Of a stretch of 64,000 bases of DNA, positions 1-9,582 are shown one piece after another. The position numbers and the translations under genes were made by a program. This DNA is from a bacterium (GTDB taxonomy: Bacteria; UBA8248), in assembly GCA_965219955.1 (NCBI GenBank), contig OZ244799.1, forward strand, positions 1,856,001 through 1,920,000, in the 5' to 3' direction. Positions within the stretch are counted from its first letter, which is position 1. The number at the start of each line of letters is the position of its first letter. The notes below the pieces were generated by a model, which was not told the origin of the DNA, made no database searches, and saw only the letters and a program-made list of their open reading frames with translations.

Positions 1-339
1 GGTTCGCGCCGCCTCGTTCGATTTCTCCGCCCCGATGCTCTCCGCCTTGCCCGCTCCTATCGCCTCGAGCGCCGCGACCCGCTCCCCCGTCGCGGCTTCG
101 AGCCGCTCGCGCAGGGCCTTCGCGTCGTCGGTCACGAGTTCCGCCCGGTCCCGGGCGCGGCTGATCTCGACGTAGAGCGTCTTCTGGTTGGTGAGGTAGG
201 GGTGGTTCGCTTCCATGGCGGCGATGACGGTATCGACAGTCTGGCCCTGGAAGGCGTGGACGGTCGAGGCCCAGGCGCGGTCGATATGGCGAAGCTGGGG
301 AACGCCGGCGGTCATGCCGAGCGTGCGCCCGTCCTCGAC
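1..339 (-). pseudogene. 3' fragment of TrwC/TraI-like (MobF) relaxase-helicase, running off the window edge
   Basis: Manual translation: VEDGRTLGMTAGVPQLRHIDRAWASTVHAFQGQTVDTVIAAMEANHPYLTNQKTLYVEISRARDRAELVTDD, matching the C-terminal helicase motifs of TrwC/TraI. The N-terminal part is absent because the ABC SBP gene ends at 357. Confidence 0.8.
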
Positions 340-356
340 CCGGTCCTGGCCGGGAA

Positions 357-1199
357 TCACTGCTTGAGATCGAACCGCTCCATCCAGTCCCTGCCCTTGA
401 ACCAGTAGCGGTGCCGCTTTTCCAGCCAGCCGTTCGCCTTGTTGACCATGATCCAGTTCGAGAAGAAGCGCAGCGCGTCCGGGTCTCCCTTGCGCAGACC
501 GAACGCCTCGTCGCTTTCGGAGAGGTTCTCCGTGGTCGGCAGGAATATCCGCTCCGGGTGGGCGCCGGCCCATACCACAGGCTGCGGGTAGGAGGAGAGG
601 ACCGCATGCGCGTTGCCGCTCAGGACTTCGCGCAACGCCCGGGCGTCGTCGTCGAACCTGCGAACCCCCGCCTTGGGGAACAGCCGCTCGACGTCGCTGC
701 ACGAGGTGGTGCCGCGGCGGCACGAGAAGGTCACCCCTGCGCGGTCGTAGTCGTCCGGCCACTTCATGTCCGCGGCCATCGCCCTGTTGGCCGCGACCCC
801 CATGCCGGAGTGCGCGTAGGGAACGGTGAAGTCGATGACGAGCATGCGGCGGGGACGCACGCTCATGCCCGCGATGATCACGTCGAACTCGCCGGCGATC
901 AAGGCGGGGATGAGCCCCTGCCAGGGTGCCGGGACGAACTCGATATCCACGCCCATGTCCCTCGCGACTTTCTTCGCGACGTCGATCTCGAACCCGACCA
1001 GTTCTCCGTTCCTCGTCCGCATCGCCCAGGGCACGAAAATCGACATGCCGGCCCTGAGCACCCCGCGTTTCCTGATCGTCTCGACGACGCTCCCGGACAC
1101 GGGCTGATTCGGTCCGCTCTGCGCGGCCGCCCCGGCCGCGACCGCCACGACGAGCGCGGCGGCCAAGAGCGGTTTCCATGCCGCCCTGGTCCACCCCAT
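357..1199 (-). CDS. Amino-acid ABC transporter substrate-binding protein (family 3), orphan
   Basis: Signal peptide (KPLLAAALVVAVAAGAAAQ); GELVGFEIDVAKKVA, WQGLIPAL..GEFDVIIAGMS, IDFTVPY. Start chosen at ATG 1199 within ORF 357..1292. Confidence 0.85.
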   Translation of the reverse strand: MGWTRAAWKPLLAAALVVAVAAGAAAQSGPNQPVSGSVVETIRKRGVLRAGMSIFVPWAMRTRNGELVGFEIDVAKKVARDMGVDIEFVPAPWQGLIPALIAGEFDVIIAGMSVRPRRMLVIDFTVPYAHSGMGVAANRAMAADMKWPDDYDRAGVTFSCRRGTTSCSDVERLFPKAGVRRFDDDARALREVLSGNAHAVLSSYPQPVVWAGAHPERIFLPTTENLSESDEAFGLRKGDPDALRFFSNWIMVNKANGWLEKRHRYWFKGRDWMERFDLKQ

Positions 1200-1557
1200 C
1201 GCCTTATCCCCTCTCCCGTGGCGCAGGCAGTCTTTTGCTCGTGCCCGCGCACCGTACCCGTTGAAATCCCGCCGATACGAACATATCCGCATGAAAACCG
1301 CAAGAACGACCCGGGCGCCGGTGCGCTCATGGCCTCATCCGTCGCGCTCCGTCACGTTTGGGTTTCCCTGAAAAAAACTTGATATCGATCTCCTGAAGCG
1401 AAAGAATAGAGATATATACGCGGCGCCGCCCTCCGGAGCGGCTCTCCATGTTTTCGGAGAAGCGGGAGCCGGGCGACTCTCAGTTGAAACGCGTGAGGAT
1501 CGGCTCTGCGCGGAGCGAAATCATGCAAACGTCCGTAGCGGGCGGCAGAGCGCAAGG

Positions 1558-2964
1558 ATGGATGAAACCATGAACGCGCCGAGGAAGTTCAGGGACCTGC
1601 CGGGTCCGGTGGGCCTGCCTTTCATCGGAAACCTACACCAGGTCCGTTTCGAGAGGCTCCACCTGGTTCTCGAGGAATGGGCGCTGCGCTACGGGCCCAT
1701 ATACCGGATGGCCATGGGAACTCGTCCCCATGCAGTTGTCTCTGACCCCGGCGCCATCGGGCGGATGCTGGGCCGGCGGCCCCACGGTTTCCGGCGCGCG
1801 AGCCCGCTCGGCCCCGTGGCCGAAGAGATGGGCCTCGCAGGCGTCTTCGCCGCCGAGGGAGAGGACTGGCGCCGCCAGCGGCGCATCGTCTCCTCCGCCC
1901 TGAGCCCCGAGCGGCTGCGGCGTTTTTTCCCCGAACTCGTGAAGAGCGTGGAGCGCCTGAGAGAGCGCTGGGAGGGCCTGGCCGACAAGGGAGAGGCGTT
2001 CGACCCCGCCGATGAGCTGATGCGTTTCACGGTCGAGGTCACCATGCAACTCGCCCTGGGCGTGGACCCCGAGGCGTCGGAAACCACAGGCCGCCTGATC
2101 AGGCGGCATCTCGACAAAATCTTTCCGGTCCTGCACAGGCGCGTGAACATGCCGTATCCCTACTGGCGGTGGTTCAGCCTGCCGTCCGACCGCGCGCTCG
2201 AGGGCGCCCTGGCCGAACTCAGGGCACAGGTCCACGGGATGATCCGCACCGCGAGGGAGCGCATGGACGCGGACCCCGCGAGGCGCGCCTCGCCCGGGAA
2301 TTTTCTGGAAGCCGTACTGGCGGCGTCAGAAGGCGGAGAACCCGGATTCTCCGATGAGGAGATATTCGCCAACGCCGTCACCCTCCTGCTCGCAGGAGAG
2401 GATACGACAGCGAACACGCTCGCCTGGACGCTCCACTACTTCACCGGATATCCGGAACATTTCGCTCGGGCCCGCGAGGAAGTGGACGCGGCGCTCGGTC
2501 CGGCCCTGGCCATCGAGACGCCCGGGCAGACGGAACGCCTCGCTTTTGTCGACGCCTTCTGCGAGGAGGTCATGCGCCTGAGGCCCGTCGCGCCGATCAT
2601 CGCCCTGGAACCCATCGCGGACGAGGATGTGGTCGGTTGCCGGATCCCGGGGGGAACGCCCGTCCTCCTGCTTACGCGACACGCCGCGACGCGCGAAGAA
2701 GGTTCCGCTCGCTTTGAGCCTGAGCGGCGGCTCGCGCCGCAAGAGGGGGCGGTCTTCTTCCCGTTCGGGGGCGGGCCGCGCCTTTGTCCGGGGCGCAATC
2801 TCGCCCTGCTCGAGATGCGCACCGTGCTGGCCATGCTGTGCAGGAACTTCGACGTGGAGCCCGTCCCGCCGACCGAGGAGGTGGGCGAACGCCTCGCCTT
2901 CACCATGGCGCCCGCCAACCTCTCCGTACGCCTGAGGCGCAGGAGCGGCGCCGGTTCTTCCTGA
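1558..2964 (+). CDS. Cytochrome P450
   Basis: LPGPVGLPFIGN start, I-helix AGEDTT, ExxR (EVMR), PERR, heme-ligand motif FGGGPRLCPG. Confidence 0.95.
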   Translation: MDETMNAPRKFRDLPGPVGLPFIGNLHQVRFERLHLVLEEWALRYGPIYRMAMGTRPHAVVSDPGAIGRMLGRRPHGFRRASPLGPVAEEMGLAGVFAAEGEDWRRQRRIVSSALSPERLRRFFPELVKSVERLRERWEGLADKGEAFDPADELMRFTVEVTMQLALGVDPEASETTGRLIRRHLDKIFPVLHRRVNMPYPYWRWFSLPSDRALEGALAELRAQVHGMIRTARERMDADPARRASPGNFLEAVLAASEGGEPGFSDEEIFANAVTLLLAGEDTTANTLAWTLHYFTGYPEHFARAREEVDAALGPALAIETPGQTERLAFVDAFCEEVMRLRPVAPIIALEPIADEDVVGCRIPGGTPVLLLTRHAATREEGSARFEPERRLAPQEGAVFFPFGGGPRLCPGRNLALLEMRTVLAMLCRNFDVEPVPPTEEVGERLAFTMAPANLSVRLRRRSGAGSS

Positions 2965-3683
2965 AACGCGCGACAGGCCCGGGAAGATACCGCTCTCTCC
3001 CAAGAACCCTTCCGTCGCGGCGGGTATCCCGGCTTCCCGAAAGGCATCCTCGTCGTATTCGTAGAGCGAGAAAATGTCTCCCGTGCTTCGGTCGAGCCAG
3101 GTCCTTATTTCCGTTCCTTTCCGAATTGTATGTGATCGCGCGTATGCGCCATGAGTGGGACCGGGCCGGACGACCCGGCCCCGCTACCGTTTTCCAAAGG
3201 GGCCACCCCTCCCGCCCTCAAGGAGACGGCTTGGCGGGAGGGGCGGCTGACCGCTTCTCCCAAAGGCAGTCCCTGACCACCCCGTAAAAGGAACAGACCG
3301 AAGCGGCGGAATCCACAGCTTCTTTCAGCATCGTCCCGACGGACCCGCAACGGTATGCGGCTCCCCCGGATCCGTGCAGATGTATAGTACGAAAACATCC
3401 CGCCTGCAAGGATTTTTTATATCCAGTTTCCTGCGTTTTCGCGCCATACGCAGACTCGCATACGACCGGCTGCACAGGGGTATGACAAAAAAATTTTCCG
3501 CAGCATACCTCACACGGTCCCGAAGGCCGCCGGGACCGGGCGGCCGCTCATCGCGCACTTCCCCCGGACTGCGCCCTGCACCCGAAAGAGGCAGAGTCTG
3601 GCGGGAGGCGGGCGTGGGAGCCGGGGCCTGAGAGGCCGGGCGGCGCCTGCCCTCCCTTCACCCACAGCACCGGAGGCACGGCC

Positions 3684-4010
3684 ATGACGAACGACAATCC
3701 ATCCCGCTCCGCGAGGCTACTCGTCCTCGCGGGACTTGGCCTGGCCCTCCTCGCCACGATTCTCTCTCTCGTGACAGGGAGCGGCCTCCGCCCTTTGGGT
3801 GCCATCTGGGTCTGTGCCGCCCTCTGGAGCCTCCTCACGGCTCTCTGCTGCGTCCTGTGGCGGGGGTTCCGCCACGGGGACTGGTCCGCCTTTCATCGCT
3901 ACGAACTGCGCGACGGGAAAGAAGAGGACTTCGAGTGGGCTTCCCGCACTGGCCGTTACGCCTGGCGCCGCGAACTGGAGGAGCAGGAGCTGTTCGGCCA
4001 GGACACGTAG
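3684..4010 (+). CDS. Small two-TM membrane protein, unknown function
   Basis: GGAGG RBS upstream; two hydrophobic segments followed by an acidic tail. Confidence 0.6.
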   Translation: MTNDNPSRSARLLVLAGLGLALLATILSLVTGSGLRPLGAIWVCAALWSLLTALCCVLWRGFRHGDWSAFHRYELRDGKEEDFEWASRTGRYAWRRELEEQELFGQDT

Positions 4011-4028
4011 AAAAGCCACAGGTGCGCG

Positions 4029-4598
4029 ATGCGTAAACTAAAAAGAGAAGCGGACACCTTCCTCACCCACCTGTTGAGCCGGGGACTGGCGGACGAGCGC
4101 TAAGAAGTGAAACGCTACAAGTCCGCCGATGGCGACATCCGCCCCGTCGCCCCGGCAGAGACGGACAAAAACAAGAAAAAGCGCGTGACCGCTTCGCGCC
4201 GGGCGGTGCGCGAGAGGATGAGGAAGCGCAGGCGAGAGTAGGTGAAGGCGGGGTTGTGCTCTCGCTGCGGATGTGCGCTTCGTGCGCCGCAAAAGAAGCA
4301 AAACGCCGGGCGCGCTATCGCGACAGGCGGGCCCGGGGGCTTTGCGTCGACTACGTTGTCGATGCGGACGCAGGGGTGAGATGTACTGCGCCGATCATAT
4401 CACTCCTCGGGAGAGCACAAGGGGATGCCCGTCTATCCGCCACTCTTCACCATGGTCGAGCTCGCCACCGGCATCGAGCACGGACCTCTCGACTCCTGGG
4501 AGGAGGTGGCCATGTGCCTCGCGTTCAGCAAACTCTCGCGGGATGAGGTGGAGGTGGTTACGGACAGCCCGGTGATGGCAACTCTCAACGGCTACTGA
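4029..4598 (+). pseudogene. Fused remnants of module orphan A and Zn-finger protein B
   Basis: DTFLTHLLSRGLADER*EVKRYKSADGDIRP, then ..RARGLCVDY.. and VELATGIEHGPLDSWEEVAMCLAFSKLSRDEVEVVTDSPVMATLNGY*, with stops and frameshifts. Confidence 0.85.
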
Positions 4599-5149
4599 GC
4601 GCCGACTCACGGCCGGGCCTGCACTTGCAGCCGGCCTGCCGTCCGCCGGGGCACGTGCTGCCGTATGTGGACAACCCCGTAAATGCAAGCATGTCAGTTG
4701 AACGACTCGGGGTCCGTGGTCAGGTGCAGTCGTATGTCCGGCCTCTTGGTGCGGCATATAACTCGCCGCGGGCCCGTATGGAGATGCGCGGCTCGGGCCC
4801 AATTCGTCCGGGCGAGCCAGGGAACTCTCGGCTGCACCCTGCTTTTCCCGACCCTGTTTCATTGGCCATTTTCCCTTACCCGTCCTCCGACCTGCTCACA
4901 TTCCCGGATAATCCGTTTGCCTGCTGCTCAGGCGACCGGCGCCGGTTCCTTGTAGACTTCTTTCTTTGTAATCAGCGCCCAGGCGAGAGTCCGATCCGGA
5001 CATCGAAACCGTCATCCGGACAAATGCAAATCGGCCTGTGGCGAGCTGATACTCTCACACTCTCAATCGCCACGCGGAGGCTTCAGAAACTTATTCGCTC
5101 CCGGTTGGATGGTGTTGCGACTCTCGGTTTTCGTCTCGTCTCAGCCGAG

Positions 5150-6208
5150 TCAGAAGCCGTACCTCACCGTAACGACGGCCCTAGTTCCCCTGGATGCGAT
5201 GAGGTCCACGCCGCCGAGGCTCACCCTCGCATCTTCATAGTTGAGACCGAAATCGGCGGACAATCCCCGTGCCAGGTCGTATTGAACGCCCAGGGCGGCG
5301 GAGGTTTTCTCTATGCCCTCGACCCTGCCGTAGTGGCCTTCCAGGGATAGACTCACAACGCCGATTTTGATGCGAACGCCCGATGAGACGTACCATTGAT
5401 CGAACTCCAGGCCGGGGGACGAGAGGGTTTCATACCCTAAACCTAAATCGAACGAGGCGCTCCCGTAGATGAGTTCGCCCGCGCCGCTCACGGCTTTCGT
5501 GTCGAACCGCCTTACCCCGTCGGCGGAGGTGAAAGCGCCTTGGGTGTATCGCGTGGTCAGTCGATAGTCCCGCTCGGCGATGGGACGCTGATACATCGCC
5601 CCGAAGTCGAAATCCCCCTCCTCGTCCACCACTGCGCTCAGGACCCAGGGGCCCATGCGAACCAGATAGCCGCCGCCCCATTTTTCCAGCGAGCCGAATA
5701 CGTCGTCGAATGAGAGAGATGCCGCTCCCGCTCCCCCCGCGCGCCGTGTCTGATCGCGAACGAGCTCCGAGACGTTGCCGGCAGCCGCTGTGCCCCACGC
5801 GCCGCCGACGGAGAGCGTGACGTCGTCCTCGTAGTCCTCATCCTCTCTGGAGGCGAAGCCCGCGTCGGGGTTTTCCTGCGGGTCGGTGGCGTAGCGGCCC
5901 GTATAGCTCAGGCGCACCCGCCAGCGGTTGGGCAACTGCGTCCGTGCGCCGAGCTGAAAGCGGCTGCTGAAACTTTCGTCCGAATCATCGCTTTCGCGGC
6001 GATACGTCCACCCGCCTTCCGCCATGCCTCCCGCGAGGAGCGTCACGTCGCCGATCTCGACCGCGAGAGGGGCTTCGAGCAGAGACATCTCGTCGTAGTT
6101 GAGAAAGATTTCCTGCGCCCAGGCGGGCCTGACAGTCCCGATGACGCAGAAGAAAACAACCGCCGCCCATATAAGGCGAAACCTGCGGTTCGTGCTTCGT
6201 CTCGCCAT
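5150..6208 (-). CDS. Probable outer-membrane porin-like beta-barrel protein
   Basis: Signal peptide ending AWA-Q, amphipathic beta-strand pattern, C-terminal VRYGF. Confidence 0.7.
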   Translation of the reverse strand: MARRSTNRRFRLIWAAVVFFCVIGTVRPAWAQEIFLNYDEMSLLEAPLAVEIGDVTLLAGGMAEGGWTYRRESDDSDESFSSRFQLGARTQLPNRWRVRLSYTGRYATDPQENPDAGFASREDEDYEDDVTLSVGGAWGTAAAGNVSELVRDQTRRAGGAGAASLSFDDVFGSLEKWGGGYLVRMGPWVLSAVVDEEGDFDFGAMYQRPIAERDYRLTTRYTQGAFTSADGVRRFDTKAVSGAGELIYGSASFDLGLGYETLSSPGLEFDQWYVSSGVRIKIGVVSLSLEGHYGRVEGIEKTSAALGVQYDLARGLSADFGLNYEDARVSLGGVDLIASRGTRAVVTVRYGF

Positions 6209-6212
6209 GTTC

Positions 6213-7589
6213 TCAAACCTTTTTCGGAAAGGTGGAATAAAACGCCTGGCGCGCGATGGCCCGGCCGGCCTTCATCCCCGCGGTGTGGTCGATCTCCCAG
6301 TGAACGCCGCCGCAGATGCGGCTCATGCCGTTTTCCTCCGCCATCCGGGAGAGGCTCCTCCAGTGCCTGGTGACGCCCTTGAGTTGCGGCCACAGGACCT
6401 GGTCGGGCGAGCGGCCCGAGAACGAAACGTCGTCGCGGCCATGTATCAGCGCGATCAACTCGGCGGCGGCTGCGCCGAAAGTGGAATGGCCCGCGGGATA
6501 GGCGGGAAATTCCGGTGTCGGGATGAAGCTGCGCCAGCCGGGGTGAAGTTTTACGCGCGGGTCGGGGTTGGCGAATTTGGGCGCGCGGGCGCGGATGGCC
6601 GTTTCCGGGCGGAGGATGTCGTGGTGGTACTTGGCGTCCCATGCGCATATCGAGGCGTCGCACTGCGTCATGCCGACCAGGGCGAGGGCGCGCGCAAGCT
6701 CGATGAAAGAGAGCCCCCGATCCTGGAGAATCTGCATGGCGATGTAGATCATATGCCCCGGCGGGGTGATGCCCCAGGGACCGTCCTCCCAGAAGAGCGC
6801 GATCTCGGACTGCTCGGCAGTGCGGACTTTACTGTCCACGCCTCCGATGCGGCGGATATTGTCGAACTCCTCGGCGAACTCCGGGCTTTTCGGGTCATGG
6901 AAGTCCGATCCGCGAAACTGCGAGCCGCTCTTCATCGTCCAGGGCTTGATCCGCCCGTGTCCCGGCGCAAGCCCCCGCTCGAAGGAGGCGAACGCAGGAC
7001 CAGGCCTGGCGCCGTAGAACGGGCCGGTGGGGCGCCACCTTAACGAGTCCGTGCGCCGCTCGTAGCGGCCCAGGTAATAGTTGACCTCGCTGGGCTCGGC
7101 GCCGTCGTTCGTCCGCAAGTCGAGCACCTTGCGGGCGGCGGCGCGGCCCCACCGGACGCCGAGGTCTTTCGCCTCGCCCCCGGGGAAGCGATCCAGAAAG
7201 GCCATACGCTCGAAGAGGAAGGGCTGCTGGAACGCTTCCGCCGCCGCGTCGGCGAAAGCCACGCCGTAGGCGACTTCCGGGTCCGCGCCGCGCGGGCCGG
7301 GGCCGATACCAAAGGGCTCCTCGTATGCCCGGAGAATCCCGTTCGCGGCGAGGAAACCGGCGGCCAGGGGCAGGCTGCAGCAGTATGCCGCCAGAGGCGG
7401 GGTGACCCTCTGATCCCGCACCTGCTGCAAGGCCTTATCGACCCAGTGGAAAACAGTGTTCCGGTTTTGGGGCTTGATGATCTGGCTCGTGTAGGACGTT
7501 TTGGGGTCTTGGCTGCCGATGCAGCCGGTTGCGAGGAGCGCGGAGGCGGCCGCCGCGTTCCTCAGGAATTGCCTCCTCGTGCAGTTCAT
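6213..7589 (-). CDS. Vanadium-dependent haloperoxidase (PAP2 superfamily), Tat-exported, probably a lipoprotein
   Basis: TRRQFL twin-arginine signal plus LATGC lipobox-like site; vanadate-binding motifs K..(RPETAIR), PAYPAGHS, SRICGGVHW. Confidence 0.9.
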   Translation of the reverse strand: MNCTRRQFLRNAAAASALLATGCIGSQDPKTSYTSQIIKPQNRNTVFHWVDKALQQVRDQRVTPPLAAYCCSLPLAAGFLAANGILRAYEEPFGIGPGPRGADPEVAYGVAFADAAAEAFQQPFLFERMAFLDRFPGGEAKDLGVRWGRAAARKVLDLRTNDGAEPSEVNYYLGRYERRTDSLRWRPTGPFYGARPGPAFASFERGLAPGHGRIKPWTMKSGSQFRGSDFHDPKSPEFAEEFDNIRRIGGVDSKVRTAEQSEIALFWEDGPWGITPPGHMIYIAMQILQDRGLSFIELARALALVGMTQCDASICAWDAKYHHDILRPETAIRARAPKFANPDPRVKLHPGWRSFIPTPEFPAYPAGHSTFGAAAAELIALIHGRDDVSFSGRSPDQVLWPQLKGVTRHWRSLSRMAEENGMSRICGGVHWEIDHTAGMKAGRAIARQAFYSTFPKKV

Positions 7590-7697
7590 TGCTCGGGTCC
7601 TTTATGGATTCATTGGGCGAAGATGAAACGGATTCTGTCGCAACGTGTGAGGGGTTTACGTCTGGAGCCGGGGTCTTCGGCAGGAGTGCGATCTAAT

Positions 7698-7767
7698 CTT
7701 GAGGCTTGAGGCTTGAGGCTTGAGGCTTGAGGCTTGAGGCTTGAGGCTTGAGGCTTGAGGCTTGAGG
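7698..7767. repeat. Perfect heptamer tandem repeat (CTTGAGG)x10
   Basis: Counted directly: 70 bp, 10 units. Confidence 0.97.
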
Positions 7768-8230
7768 TCTTCCCGATCATGCCGGAACCGGGGCGCAAGG
7801 GCAAACCCCGGAGCCTCGGATTACTGGTTCTCAGACAAAACATCTCGCATGCCTTCACAAAACGACGGGCATCGAAGACACCCGAGAGCGGACTTCATGG
7901 AAAAAGAGAGCACACAGTCTCTTCCAGGGATATCTTTGCGTGCCGGATTTCCCGAAAGACCGATACGCCCCGTTACGTGAAACAATTTGGAGAGTTCATA
8001 CCTGAATCACTGCCGGTTTGTCAAGCCAAAACAAGGCGTTAGCGAGTGACCCCCCCCACCCCTTTTCCCGGCGGCGTTCCCGGAATCGATTGGACTGGGA
8101 GTTTGTGCGGCTGTGCACGGAGCGCTCCGCGCCCGAAAGAGGCCGAGTCCGGCCGGGAGGGGGCGGCGGCGGAGAGTCGGTGAGAGGCTCGTTTCCGGCG
8201 CCGTCATCCACCCACCCAAGGAGGCGCGCG

Positions 8231-8530
8231 ATGCCGAAACCCAGACCCGAAGCGAGTACTTTCCTCACCCACCTGTTCGGCCGAGGCCTCGAGGACGAGC
8301 GCTACGAAGTGAAACGCTACAAGTCCGCCGATGGCGACATCAGGCCCCTCCCCCCGGAAGAGCCGAAGAACGGGGCGCGGCGCAGGCGCGTGACCGCCTC
8401 GCGCCGTGCGGTCCGCGAGATGCGGCCCGCCCGGGACGAACTCATCGTCTGCACGGGGCTCCGCGTCCCCGGCAGCGGGCTGCAGCTCTGGGGCGAGCAC
8501 CTCGTGTGGGCCCGGATGCTCACCCGGTGA
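8231..8530 (+). CDS. Module orphan A (99 aa), unknown function
   Basis: AAGGAGG RBS; MPKPRPEASTFLTHLF...LQLWGEHLVWARMLTR; same length and frame conserved at 39335-39634. Confidence 0.8.
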   Translation: MPKPRPEASTFLTHLFGRGLEDERYEVKRYKSADGDIRPLPPEEPKNGARRRRVTASRRAVREMRPARDELIVCTGLRVPGSGLQLWGEHLVWARMLTR

Positions 8531-8625
8531 GGGAGTCCCTCCCGGGGAGGACTTCCGCCCGCAAGACGTCTTGCCGGCCAAGCGTCGACAGTATGGATTC
8601 CATTCACACCAGGGAGGGAGACGGA

Positions 8626-9435
8626 GTGCCACATAGGGACCTTGAAACAAGACGAGCGTACGAGCGTGAGCGCCACCGCCGGCGCACCGCCGACCGACTC
8701 GCGCGGGGTCTGTGTCCCCGATGCGGAAAGATTCCTCCCGCGCCGGGGCGCAGTCTGTGCGAATCCTGCCTTGAGAGGGACCGGGAGACCCGACGCGCCC
8801 GATACGCCGAAGCCCGAGCGGGGGGAGCCCCATATGGTGGACGCGACCCCGAGAGCCGCCGCCGCATGGCGCGCGAGAGGGCGAGGAAGCGCAGGCGCGA
8901 GCGGGTGGAGGCCGGCTTGTGCCCGCGCTGCGGACGCGAGCCCGTCGAGGCTGGTGCCGTCTGCGAATCCTGCCGGGAGACGAGGCGCGCTGAAGATCGA
9001 AAGCTCTACGCCGCCAGGAGAGCGAAAGGGCTTTGCGGACGGTGCGGTGCGGAAGTCGTCGATGAGGCTTCGACGTGCGCTTCATGCGCCGCGCGCGATG
9101 AGGCGCGCTCATCGAAAAAGAACGCCGCCAGCAGGAAGCGCTATCACGACAGGCGAGCCCTCGGACTTTGCGTCGACTGCGGTGCCAATGCGGACGCAGG
9201 GGTGAGATGTACTCCCTGCGCGCGCCGATCATATCTTTCATCAAGCGAGCACAAGGGGATGCCCATCCATCCGCCGAGCTACACCGTGGTTGAACTAGCC
9301 ACGGGTGCCGAGCACGGACCTCTCGACTCCTGGGAGGAGGTCGCCATGTGCCTCGCCTTCGAGAAGCTCTCCCGCGAGGAGGTGGAAATCATCGAGGACG
9401 CTCCCTTAACGGCAAACCTGACAGCTTGGGAGTGA
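8626..9435 (+). CDS. Module protein B: Arg-rich protein with four CxxCG...CxxC Zn-finger repeats (269 aa)
   Basis: GGAGGGAG RBS then GTG; CPRC/CESC, CPRC/CESC, CGRC/CASC, CVDC/CTPC; same length in the second copy. Confidence 0.85.
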   Translation: MPHRDLETRRAYERERHRRRTADRLARGLCPRCGKIPPAPGRSLCESCLERDRETRRARYAEARAGGAPYGGRDPESRRRMARERARKRRRERVEAGLCPRCGREPVEAGAVCESCRETRRAEDRKLYAARRAKGLCGRCGAEVVDEASTCASCAARDEARSSKKNAASRKRYHDRRALGLCVDCGANADAGVRCTPCARRSYLSSSEHKGMPIHPPSYTVVELATGAEHGPLDSWEEVAMCLAFEKLSREEVEIIEDAPLTANLTAWE

Positions 9436-9582
9436 GCGTCGCGGCCGGGCCTGCACTTGCAGCCGGCCTACCGTCTGCCGGGGCACGTGCCGCCGTCAGT
9501 CCTCCGGCGGGTTACTTGCAGCCGTCCGGCCGGGGAGGGGAGAAGGAAAGCGCCGCCCTGCTGCGCAGCCGGCGGGCCGCCG

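Larger units (their letters stand above)
3578..4660 (+). repeat. Decayed, internally deleted third copy of the repeated module
   Basis: 4029-4210 matches the 99-aa orphan with a frameshift and TAA. 4200-4598 matches pieces of the Zn-finger protein including its C-terminus. 4599-4660 matches 9436-9490. Confidence 0.9.

Noticed and set aside
3020-3120. UPF0158-like gene fragment on the minus strand (EIRTWLDRSTGDIFSLYEYDEDA)
   Set aside because: Too short and lacks a start; resemblance only.
4990-5030. Repeated TCCGGACA as a possible IS end
   Set aside because: No partner end or transposase nearby.
7698-7767. CRISPR array
   Set aside because: Contiguous 7-bp units with no spacers, and no cas genes in the window.
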